From the NCBI GenBank assembly GCA_030264375.1, contig JASCQW010000122.1, positions 28,029,264 through 28,093,263 on the forward strand: a DNA stretch of 64,000 nucleotides, given 5' to 3'. Position 1 is the stretch's first letter, and each line of letters opens with the position of its first letter. Under the pieces are notes generated by a model, which worked only from the letters and a program-made list of their open reading frames with translations, ran no database searches and was not told the DNA's origin. Source of the stretch: Carcharhinus longimanus. Its lineage: Eukaryota. The position numbers were made by a program, and so were the translations under genes. Shown here piece by piece: positions 1 through 10,774 of the stretch.

Positions 1-372
1 AGCTAACTCCTACCATTCCGGGCAACATCCTGGTTAGTCTTTTTTGTACCCTCTCCAAAGCCTCTGAATCCTTCTAGTAGTGTGGTGACCAGAATTGAAC
101 ACTATATTCCAAGTGCGGCCTAACTAAGGTTCTATCAAGCTGCAACATGATTGCCATTTTTTAAACTCAATGCCCTGGCCAATGAAGGCAAGCATGCCAC
201 ATGCCTTCTTGACTACCTTCTCCACTACCTTCTCCACCTGCATTGCCACTTTCAATGACCTGTGTACCTGTATACCTAGATCCATCTGCCTGTCAATATT
301 CTTAAGGATTCTGCCATTTACTATATATTTCCTATCTGTATTAGACCTTCCAAAATGTATTACCTCATGTAA
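1..372 (-). mobile_element. CR1 LINE fragment (RT C-terminal region)
   Basis: Reverse complement resembles the typical CR1 ORF2 end (e.g. ...ccctctccaaag..., gaccagaattgaacactatattccaagtgcggcc); recognised by eye. Confidence 0.8.
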
Positions 373-1776
373 CTAAGGACAATCTCATCTAAGATCCACA
401 ACAATGATAGCAGATAGCTCACACTCAATTGTAAACTGATAAACATGAGCCGTTGTCTCAACGCAGGCCCTTTGGCCAGAATGAGTCCCATTCATTCTGA
501 AAAAGCAGAACATGTTGTTTCCAATTTTGACACCTCTACTGACCTATTTTTCAGTGGGAATAAGGCTATAGTGTGATCAGAGTTACTCCTCTGATCTTAG
601 CTCCTCTTCCCACTGTGTTGGCCTGGTGGGATAACCACAAGACCTTCACAGTGTAGGCCTCCTGTAAAGTCATGGTCAAGTCCTGATGACATAATTAGGG
701 CCTGATTTGCATATTAGGAAATGGCTTCCAGTGGGTGTTGCGCCTGGCTGCTGAGGAAAGCAGATTAAAATTAGAACCTGTGGAAGATAGTGGCATTTGT
801 GAAACCTGAGAGCAATTTTAGCTGCCAACTGACTGGTGCATGCTCAGCATGCAAAAGCAAACTAAAATCATTCCAGAGAAAAAAAATTAGCATTTTTGAT
901 TGTTATACTGAAAGCCTGTTTTAATTTTAAGTGGATTAATCGTTCTAGTGTAGAGGGAAGTCAGCCTAGTTTAACTGCTCTTTCCTGGTCCTTTACAGTC
1001 TAGATTGAAATTTCCAACTGGTTGTAATATTTTCCCTTGCTGTGCGGTTTGTAATGTTGATGAGTTGCTTCTGGATATCTGTTATTTTCATTCCTTCTTG
1101 GTTAATTAGAGTCATACCTTATTATTCAGAAGCTGGAAATTGTGCCATATTTTCCAGCTGAGGACAGTTTAGTTGGCATAATGGAGTTCCAGCTACTGTA
1201 GGAATGCAAAGAATCATTGAGATGAAGAGAGAGAGCATTTCACAGCCCCACGTTTTTATGTAGGATATTGCCTCATAATTCTTTCCAAATCATACAATAA
1301 GCAAGTTACCAAATCTTTGTCATTTATCTTAATGTTTTTATTGAGAGTACATTTGGAAATCCAGGAACAATTTTTTGGGGTATAGTTCCTTTATTTGTTA
1401 GAGCTAGTGCATGCACTATGTGAGTACAGCACTTAGTGAGCGTTAATATATAGTGCTTTAATGCAATATTGCTAGTGGTTTGATTGCTCATACCTGTTTC
1501 TTCAATTGCAGTGACACAGACATCAACAATTGTTTCCCATGTCTGTGCACATATTTAGCATTAACAGGTTTTTAGCTTGTTAATGAGCAAAAATGGAGAA
1601 AGTAAGGCTTAATTATTTGGAAGTAATTTCATTTACTTATCACATTAATATAATTTTCAACTGAGGATGTTAAAGGACTGGATAGAGCCAAAAAATGTTT
1701 GCGGGTTGAGGGAAAATAAGAAATAACAGACCAGAATGGGGAAGATGTACAATGCAAATAACTTCAATATCACATT

Positions 1777-2225
1777 GAGACTAATAGCACAGCTCTGACA
1801 AAGGATCATTCAGACTTGAAACATTGACTATATTCTCCCTCCACAAATGCTGCCTGACCTACTGAGATTTTCCAGTATTTTCTGTTTTTTGTTTCAGATT
1901 CCAGCATCTGCAGTTTTTTGCCTTTATCTAATAGCACAGTGGTTGCATTACTGGACTGCTAATCCAGAGGTTTAGATGAATGGTCTGGAGACATGAATTC
2001 AAATCCTGCCATGGAAAATTTAAATGCTAGCTAAATAAATATGAAATAAAAGCTAGGATCTGTATTGATGATCATAACTCCTGGATTGTTGTAACAGCCT
2101 CACTAATTTCGTTTTATCAAGGATATCTATCATCCTTAAGTCCACCCTATGTGTAACTCAGGACCCACAGCAATGTGGTTGCCTATTAACTACCCTCTGA
2201 AATAACCTAAACAAGCCATTCAATT
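1777..2225 (+). mobile_element. tRNA-derived head (same as SINE family B), apparently forming the 5' end of the downstream LINE
   Basis: A-box-like tagcacagtgg (1932-1942) and B-box-like gaattcaaatcc. Colinear with SINE copies at 12965 and 13432 up to caagccattca, but lacks their tail. Confidence 0.7.
1793..1927 (+). mobile_element. Short Penelope-derived terminal-repeat unit with decayed hammerhead motif, flanked by 12-bp TSD
   Basis: CTAATAGCACAG occurs at both 1781-1792 and 1928-1939. The body (ctctgacaaaggatcattcagacttgaaacatt...ccacaaatgctgcctgacctactgagattttccag...) recurs at ~4935-5038, 20725-20960, 51270-51345, 53714-53845 and 58855-58955. Confidence 0.75.
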
Positions 2226-2279
2226 GCACTAAAGTGTAATAAGAACAGATCCGAACAAATGACCTAGGCATTGGATTTG

Positions 2280-4830
2280 AAAGCTCTTCTCAGTAACACT
2301 GTGGATTTGTGCCAAAATTGAGGGAACAGCACAGCCTAACATGATCTTACATCTCAGTCAATGTCTCTGACTTATCAATTGCAATCTCTTGTGATACATC
2401 CAGAGGTGTTACACAGTTAGGAGTAAGAGGTCTCAATATTGAATCTGGACACCATGAAGTCTCATGGCATCAAGTCAAACTTAAGGAAGGAAACCTCCTG
2501 TTATTGTCACCTACTGTCCTCTCAGTTCATGAATAAGTACTCCATGTTGAACACCACCTGGAGACATAAGGGAACAGAATGTACTCTGGGTGGGAGACTT
2601 CATTATCTATCATCAAGAATGGTTCAGCAGAACCACTACTGGCTGAGCCCTGAAAAACCTACCAGTCTGGCAGATGTGCATCAATTGTTTGAGAGAATCA
2701 TTACAGAGGAAAAACATAGTTTGTCTTGTTGTCACCAATCCACCTATCTGTCACAGATTCATCTATCTATACTGGTACTGATAGAAGTCACCGTTGCATA
2801 GTCTTTGTGGAGATAAAGTCCTATCTTCATACCAAGGATGCCCTCCCCTGTACTGTGCGGTCCTACCACCATACTAAATGGAACAGATTGATTTAAAGAT
2901 CTAGTAGCTGGAAGCTAAGCATCTGTGCGGTGTTGTGCCATCAGTAGCAGCAGAGATGTATTCCACTACAACCTATAACCTCATGATCCAGCATATTTCT
3001 CACTACCGTTACTGTCAGGCAAGGGGGCTGACGCAGGTTCAATGAGAAGTGTACAAAAAGCATATCGGGAGCAGCATCAGGTGTATCTAAAATTGAGGGG
3101 TCAATATATTGAAGTTGAAATGCAGGCTGCATGCCTAAGAAACAGTGGAATCAGCATTTGATGAACAGGGCTGAACAACCCCATAACCAATGAATCAGAC
3201 TAGAGCTCTGGAGTCCTGCCACAACCAGTTGTGAATGATGATGGACAATTAAACAGCTAACAAAGAAGAAGCGTTCATGAAGATCACCATTATAAATGAT
3301 GGCAGAGCCCAGCATGTTAATATGAATATAAATGACAAGGCTGAAGCATTTGCAACCATATTCAATCTGAAGTTCTGAGCGGATTATAAATCTCAGTATT
3401 CTATTGAGATTGCCACCATTACAGAAGTCAGTCTTCAGCCAATTCCATTAACTCCGTACAATGAAGAAATGGTTACTGAATACAGGAAGAGCTATAAGCC
3501 TGAAAACATCGTTGGGCTCGTTGGGCCGAAGGGCCTGTTTCCCGTGCTGTGTTATTCTTTGTTCTTTGTTCTATCTTGATTGTGATGCTGTTGATGTATG
3601 CTCCACAACTATCTGCAACTTTAGCCAAATTTTTCCAACGTACCGACAACTATGGCATCTACGTGGAAAAGTACTCAGGCTCAGCCGTTCCCCAAAAAGC
3701 AGACCAACCTAATCCACTCAATTACTGTACCATTAGAGTCCTCTCAACCATTAGCAGAGCGATAGAAGATGTTATTGACAGTGTTATGAAGCCACACTTA
3801 TCAAAACTTTGCTTTATACTCAGTTTCCACCAGTGTCATTCAGCTCCCGATCTCATTACAACTTTGGTTCAAACATAGGCAAAAGAGTTAAATTCCAGAG
3901 GTGAAGTCAGAGTGAGTGCCTTTGATTTTTTTTCAAGTTATTCTTTCATGGGATGTGGGCATCACTGGAAAGGCAGTTCTTGTCTATTCCTGCTTGCTGG
4001 GCTATTTTAGAAGACAGTTAAAATTTCACCACATTACTTTGGACTTTGAATCACAGGCCAGATCAGTTAAGGATAGCAGACTTTTTTCCATAGAGGACAT
4101 TATGGTATTTTATGACAATTGATTGTTTCATGATCACTATTATGAGATTAGTTTTTAATCAATATTTTATTAATTCAGTTTAATCCACCAAGTGCCAAAG
4201 TGGGATTTNNNNNNNNNNNNNNNNNNNNNNNNNNNNNNNNNNNNNNNNNNNNNNNNNNNNNNNNNNNNNNNNNNNNNNNNNNNNNNNNNNNNNNNNNNNN
4301 NNNNNNNNCCCCAGAGCAGTAGCATAGTGACATTACCAGCACAGTATCATCTTCTGCAGAGTTGATCTTAATTGGAATTGGGGGAAATTTATCCACTGGC
4401 TGCACAAGTGAAAGTGATTATTGTTGGAAACCAATCCTATGAACCCAGGGCATTGCTTCACAAGTGTAGGCTAGCACCTTAGACCTAATCAACTTCAGCT
4501 GCTTCATCAATAATCTTTCCTCCATCATATGGGTAGAATTGGGGATTTTCACTGTTGATTGCTCTGTATCCAGTGCCATTAGCACTTCGGCAGAAAATAA
4601 AACAGCCCGCAACTGCTTACCACAAGACCTAGACAACATTTCGATTCGGGGTGACAAATTCCAGGCAGAGAAAAGCTTACCACCTCCCCTTCGCATTGAA
4701 TGACATCATTATCATCAAATTTCCCACCATTAACATCCTGGGGAAAGAGATCACCATTGACCAGGGACTTAACTGGAGAAGCCAGAATAATACTGCGGCT
4801 ACAGAAAGTATTAGGTAGGAAATTCCAGAA
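2280..4830 (+). mobile_element. Decayed CR1-superfamily LINE ORF2 (endonuclease + RT), interrupted by a SINE and a gap
   Basis: Fragments such as YAPQLSATLAKFFQ..NYGIY, PNPLNYCTIRVLSTISRAIE and HSAPDLITTLVQ (ORF 3549-3878) are LINE RT motifs; many stops and frameshifts. The same family recurs at 53845-54880. Confidence 0.75.
3925..4208 (-). mobile_element. SINE family B copy (degraded)
   Basis: Reverse complement of the 13432-13790 family (catgggatgtgggcatcactgg..., gttaaggatagcagac, gtgggattt); runs into a gap. Confidence 0.65.
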
Positions 4831-5038
4831 ATCAAGTGCAGCATTGCAGTCTTCTCTTTTGTTCTTTCCTCCCCTCCTCCACTTTCCTGCCTCAGTTCTT
4901 ATTTAAAATCTATTACATCTCTAATTACTTCTAATTCTGAAGTAAGGTAATTAACCTCACCTTAATTTCAGGTAATTAATCTGAAATGTTAACTCTGTTT
5001 CTTTTCCCAGATATGCTGCATATTCTTCTGAATATTAC

Positions 5039-5266
5039 TGTAGTATAATAGAGGATGTTGGACTAAGTCGCATAAAGAGTTAAGTGTAACAGTCTGTGAT
5101 GTCATAGAAAGATGTGACACACACTTATTTGATCTGCAAGACTCTTGGAAAGTCTGGTCAGAAACTAGTGTAAAGGTGTTTTTATAGCTGTAAGTATGTT
5201 GCCATTGTGTTTTTCAGCCTTTGAGAATTTATTCAAACAACTCCAACCCAATAACACAATAGTACA
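5039..5266 (+). repeat. 5' LTR of Gypsy element
   Basis: Starts TGTAGTATAATAGA, ends AGTACA, followed by the PBS-like sequence. Confidence 0.85.
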
Positions 5267-5299
5267 TGGTGGCAAGAGGTGAAGGAAAGGATGACATAG

Positions 5300-5620
5300 A
5301 AAAATCTTTACCTCTCCCGGAGCGATTCAATTGTCAGGCCTAAAACTAGAGGACATAGGTTTAAGGTGAGAGGGGAGAGATACAAAACAGTCCAAAGGGG
5401 CAATTTTTTCACTCAGAGGGTGGTGAGTGTCTGGAACGAGCTGGCAGAGGCAGTAGTAGAGGCGGGTACAATTTTGTCTTTTAAAAAGCATTGACAGTTG
5501 GTAAGATGAGTATAGATAGATATGGGCCAAATGCAGATAGTTGGGACTGGCTTAGTGGTAAAAGCTGGTGTGGACAAGTTGGGTCAAAGGGCTTGTTTCC
5601 ACTCTGTGTACCTCTATAAA
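5300..5620 (+). mobile_element. CR1 LINE 3' end nested in Gypsy leader
   Basis: aaaactagaggacataggtttaaggtgagagggg...actcagagggtggtgagtgtctggaac...gggtcaaagggcttgtttcc: typical CR1 3' terminus. Confidence 0.85.
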
Positions 5621-6658
5621 TCAGGCTGAAGAGTAACCAAGGCAATACAAGTGATTCTCTTGATTTCGTATTGCATTGAATCTTGCAGCGAAACCAGACT
5701 GTCAGTAGGTTAGTGCACGTTTATACATGATTGGAAACTGCAATGACATTTTAATTATCCTGGATGATATAAAGTCACATATGACAAAGTTATTGATGCA
5801 CTGGAGACTTATTTCAATCTCTGCAAGAACACCAATGCAGAATGCACAAAGTTCAAAAAACATACCCAGAGATGGAAGGAAAGCATTGAATCATTTATTA
5901 ATGTTTTGTACTGACTTTGTACTGACTGTGAGTATGGTAAACTGAAAGAGGAGTTAAATTGTGACAGTATAGCTGCCACAGTAATGCATGATGCATTATC
6001 AGCTCGTTTCCAGTCCCAGGAAGATTTGATGCTGGTGAAGGCGATTCAATTAACTAGACAAGCTGAAATCAAGAGGCAGAACTGATCTGTTCTCAGAGGA
6101 GACAGCCCACAACCCAAAGTGACAGATATAGTTGAATTTATCAGACATTTAAAAGAGAAAATAGAGAGAAGGAAACACGTACAGCAGGAAAAGCAATTAA
6201 TGCAGCAGCCTCGACTAAATATTGCTGGTCTGGAAGAGACCGGAATGGATGCAGGAATTATACTTCAAAACTTGCATGTTGCATTGGTACAAGAAAATGA
6301 GGCATTTTCAGAAATATGGTGTAGGACTTAAGAGCAGAAATTGCAGTTATTTGCAGGATTGGGAAGGCTAAAAATCAATGCATCTCATAACCCTAAGCCT
6401 AGAAGTGAACCCAAAATGCTTATGTGCACCCAGAAATGTTCTATCCCCACTATTTTCAAAGGTGAAGAAAGAAATCAACTCAATGATACGACAAGGAGTC
6501 ATTTCACCTGTAGAAGAGTGAATGTGTTGGTGCTCAGGGATGGCATTGGTTCTGAATCTAAATGGTTCCATAAGAATATGTATTGATCTCACACAACTCA
6601 ATAATGCTTTGTGCAGATAAGTCCATCTGATGGTATTTATAGGTGAGAACTTAGTTCA

Positions 6659-6927
6659 GGTGGCACAGTGGTTAGCACCGCTGTCTCACAGCGCCAGAGA
6701 CCCAGGTTCGATTCCTGACTTGGGTCACTGTTTGTGTTTGAATGTTCTCCCCGTGGCTGCGTGGGTTTCCTCTGGGTGCTCTGGTTTCCTCCCACAATCT
6801 GAAAGACATGTTGGTTAGGTGCATTGGCCCAAACAAGCGCTAGACTGTGGCAACTAGGGGATTTTCACAGTAACTTCATTGCTGTGTTAATATAAGCCTT
6901 ACTCGTAACTATTAAGTAAACTTTACT
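6659..6927 (+). mobile_element. HE1-like V-SINE, tail type A
   Basis: tRNA head ggtggcacagtggttagcac...ggttcgattcc, V-domain gtgggtttcctctgggtgctctggtttcctcccac, tail attttcacagtaacttcattg. Confidence 0.9.
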
Positions 6928-8382
6928 TGAAAATCAGGGAGGAGAAATCAGTGGATTCTGACAAACACCACTAGAAAAGAAGTTCAAGCTTCTCGCAATG
7001 CCCATAACACCATTTGGAAGATTACACTTTAATATGTTACTCTTTGGGATAACATCAACACCAGAGATGTTTCAATGAACAATATCAAATCTTTTAGAGA
7101 GTTTACACTGAGTTGTTGCCATATGGCTTACATGTTGATATGTTGGTCCACTCAAGCTGGGTATAACTTGACAGTGAGAAGTCTACAAGAGGCAAGATTG
7201 ACACTTATCAGACAATATGAAATTTCACAGCCAACAATCAAGTTTCTTGGTCACATAGTGAGAGCATCAGCAATAAAGGGTCAGGCACTGAAGACCAGAG
7301 TCATAAAGTAATTTCCAGCTCCAAGTAATTACGTTATTACAAAAGTTAATGAGAATGGTGGATCAAGTAGCAAAACTTAAAAAAAATTAACAGAGTTCAC
7401 TGAGCCACTATGCGAGTTGTTAGTTTAAGACAATGAATGATGTTGACAAAGTACATTAGAAATCATTTGAAAACAAATAAGGGGAGGTTGATGTCATTGA
7501 AGGTATTAACACACTACAATCTGAAGCTACATACAATAATAACAGCAGTTGCATCCTTTAGAGGACTGAGGGCAGTACTTCCTCAGATACAAAGAGATGG
7601 AAAATGCAGACCAATGTTTGCACATCACGATTATCGGCAGATACAGAAGAAATGTGCAGTGATCAAAAAGGACATACTAACAGCCAAATTGACACGTGAG
7701 AAACAGATCATAAACCTTTAGTCACACCATTGAATTCAAAAGTGCTTGCAGCGATGCCATCAAGTGTTCAATGAGTTGAATTAAGATTGATGAGATTTGA
7801 TATTCATATGGTGTATGTTCAGGAGAAACAACAGAGCTCAACAGATGCATTATCAGGCATTGTAACAGAGAAAACTGGAAAAATGCGACATTGAAATTGT
7901 GGCAGAAATCAAGGAGTTTGCTGAAATGACATTCCATACATCACCCACAACTACAAAAAGATTGACTGAAATCAAATTGGCTCAAAAATCAGATGAGAAA
8001 TGCAAACAGGTCAGAGAATTTTGCAACATGTGCCACATAGTCCTACCTTGAGATAATATTTCAAGCAGCGAGTACATCTGACATTGATTGATGATTTACT
8101 GGTATATGATGATAGAATTGTAATCCCAAGAGCATCGAGACTTGAAATCTTACAATGCCTACATCAAAGTCATTTAGGTATTACCAAGTACAGAGCCAGG
8201 GCACCGTATTTTGTTTGGTGGCTGGGTCTCTCAAAGTCATTGGAAGAAATGATATCCAGATGTATCTATCACATATTCAATTCACAGACAGGGCTCAAAG
8301 GAATTATTGTCATCTTTCTGTATGAGGCCATGGGAATATCTAGGAGTGGATTTATTTGTGTATAAAGATAAAATGTTCATTA

Positions 8383-8622
8383 TCATAGAATCCATACAGT
8401 GTAAAAGGAGGCCATTTGGCCCATTGAGTCTGCACCAACTCTCTGACAGAGCTTCTTACCCAAGCCCTAGAGCCATATTTACCCCACTAATCCCCCTAAC
8501 CTTTGGATACTGAGGGGCAATTTAGCATGGCCAATCTACCTAATCTGCACATCTTTGGACTGTGGAAGAAAACCGGAGCATCCAGAGGAAACCCACACAA
8601 ACATGGGGGCAACATGCAAATG
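8383..8622 (-). mobile_element. HE1 V-SINE, CR1-type tail, 5'-truncated, inside Gypsy integrase
   Basis: tcatagaatccatacagtgtaaaaggaggccatttggccc...gtggaagaaaaccggagcatccagaggaaaccc. Confidence 0.85.
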
Positions 8623-9648
8623 CCCCTCAGTTTGGTAAATTACTATTCATAATGAAATAGTTATGTTGTTACGCATCAAAAGCAGTGCTAATGTCATTGA
8701 AAAAACATTTTCCAGTCCATGGATTCCTAATACTGTGAAATCAGATAATGGTTCACAATTCACGAATATAGAGTTTACAGAATTATTTGGATTTGTTCCT
8801 ATAACAAGTCCACTGAAGTTTCTTCAGGCTAATGGAGAAACAGAGAGAAGTATCAGAGCTGTAAAGGCATTACAGAAAAAGAATGAGGGTTTTCACCTAG
8901 CTTTCTTGAGTTATGGATCCTCAGTCTTGCAGAATGGATCAGCTCCATGTGAGTTACTTGTGGGAAGAAGGTTGTGGATGCAAATTCTTATTCGTCCATT
9001 TCCATTGATGCCACACATCAAGGCACAGACTTGAGAAAGTATGAGAAAAATGAAATATACCAAAGTAAATCGATGAAACGTTATGATAGTGGTCACAGAG
9101 CAAAAAGATGGTCAGATCTTTGACAGGGAGAACAGGTATGGATCAGAGATCAATCAAGATTTGGAGAAATAATGGAGAAGTCAGCAAATCTAAGATCTTA
9201 TGTGTTCCAAATGGAACAGGGCACAGTAAGAAGAAGCAGAAGACCTTTGCTTGCAATTGAGTATCAGAGTAAAAAGCAGATTAGAGAGGTTACAATTGTC
9301 ATAAATGGAAGAAGACACCAAAGCAAGTGATCCCAAACCATCTATTAGTTTTAATTCTGTTCAACAGTGTCCAGAGGACCAATAGCAGAATTAGAATGCC
9401 TTATTCCCTACAAATGAGAGGCAAACAAGGTATGTTGCCTGTCAACAACACTAGAATAAGAGAAGGTGAGAATTTCAAAATAATGGAGGAGGGAGAGAGA
9501 AAATCAACATTTACCTAAGAAACAACAAGAGACCACATTTCCTATAAGATTTTAAGACAATAAAATGCTTAGAAGAATTAGACTAAAGCATTGGGCTTCC
9601 AGGAACATTAGAGAATGTTGAAATCTGGTCAGAAACTTGGGGGACTGA

Positions 9649-9869
9649 TGTAGTATAATAGAATATGTTAAACTATGTCCTATAAAGTGTTAAATGTAAC
9701 AGTCCATGATGTAGAAGAAATTAATATATACTCATGTGAGCTGAGAGAGGAGAGTAAGAATGGGTGTATGTGTAACTGTAAATATGTCACAATAAAGTTA
9801 AAGTGTTTTGCAGCTAGCAGTGTTCGAGAAGTTATTGAAACTGCTTCAACCTAACAGAACAATAATATA
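9649..9869 (+). repeat. 3' LTR of Gypsy element
   Basis: Starts TGTAGTATAATAGA, contains AATAAA, and its end aligns with the 5' LTR end (CA mutated to TA). Confidence 0.85.
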
Positions 9870-10493
9870 ATTACCATCATTTTCTGTTTGTATCCCTGCC
9901 AGCTGCTACATCATTATTAGGCACGTTGCGGATGGAGTTGAGGACTATACAACTAAGAGTGAGCAGCTGGTTTTCTATCTCTACCAGTGTAAGTGCCTTA
10001 TTTGTGGCAAGTGGTATGCTTGTCAGTGATGTCCTTTTCTCTAACCCAGGAAAATCAGCCTCCTATTTCTACAGTAGTTGGGAGTTATTATGGCTCCTTT
10101 TATCTATTATTACTAAATAAGTAAGCATCCTGTCTTCATGAGAGTTTAAAAAAATGTGAATTGCAAATAAAAAGTCACAACAGACCAAAATATAACACCA
10201 TGGAGCAGATTTTCATATAAAATCTTAGAAAGAATGGATACTTTGAACTTTTTAATTTAGACAGATAAGTTAATGGGGAAGTGTTACAATGTGAATCAGT
10301 TTATAATATAACATGAATGTAAGTACAAATGTTGTACAGTTACTCAGGCGACACAGGTTTCACCCAGATTCCCTACTCCACCTCCTCAGCGTCTTGCTAC
10401 TATTTCATATGAACCTGGAGATGAGCATTTCAGAGTTGGGTTCCTGCATGACATATTAGCATTATGGGTCACCTCAGCACAAATCTTAAGGTT

Positions 10494-10774
10494 AAAGTTT
10501 GTTTATTAGTCACAAGTAGGATTACATTAACACTACAATGAAGTTACAATGAAAATCCCCTAGTCACTACACTCTGGCACGTGTTCAGGTGTACTGAGGG
10601 AGAATTTAGCATGGCCAATGCACCTAACCAGCACAGTCTTTGGACTGTGGGAGGAAACCGGAGCACCTGGCGGAAACCCACATGGGGAGAACATGCAAAT
10701 TCTACACAGACAGTGACCCAAGCTTTGAATTGAACCTGGGTCCCTGGCGCTGTGAGGCAGCAGTGCTAATCACT
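10494..10774 (-). mobile_element. HE1-like V-SINE, tail type A
   Basis: Reverse complement of the 6659 family, nearly full length. Confidence 0.9.

Larger units (their letters stand above)
5039..9869 (+). mobile_element. Full-length decayed Gypsy/Ty3 LTR retrotransposon
   Basis: Two related LTRs, ATTAC TSD (5034-5038 and 9870-9874), PBS-like TGGTGGCA at 5267 and purine-rich cttgggggactga before the 3' LTR. Internal relics in Gypsy order: CCHC-like knuckle (~6275-6325), RT (PFGRLHFNMLLFGITSTPEMFQ, ~7010-7075), RNase H (~7540-7620), integrase (LHQSHLGITK..VWW, VKSDNGSQF, QANGETER). Confidence 0.9.

Noticed and set aside
500-875. Octamer ATTTGCAT and palindrome tgcatgct-c-agcatgca
   Set aside because: Probably inside an old non-autonomous DNA-transposon remnant; no independent support for a regulatory role.
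6659-6720. tRNA-like sequences with A/B boxes (also 13432, 38408, 49836)
   Set aside because: SINE heads continuing into SINE bodies; not tRNA genes.
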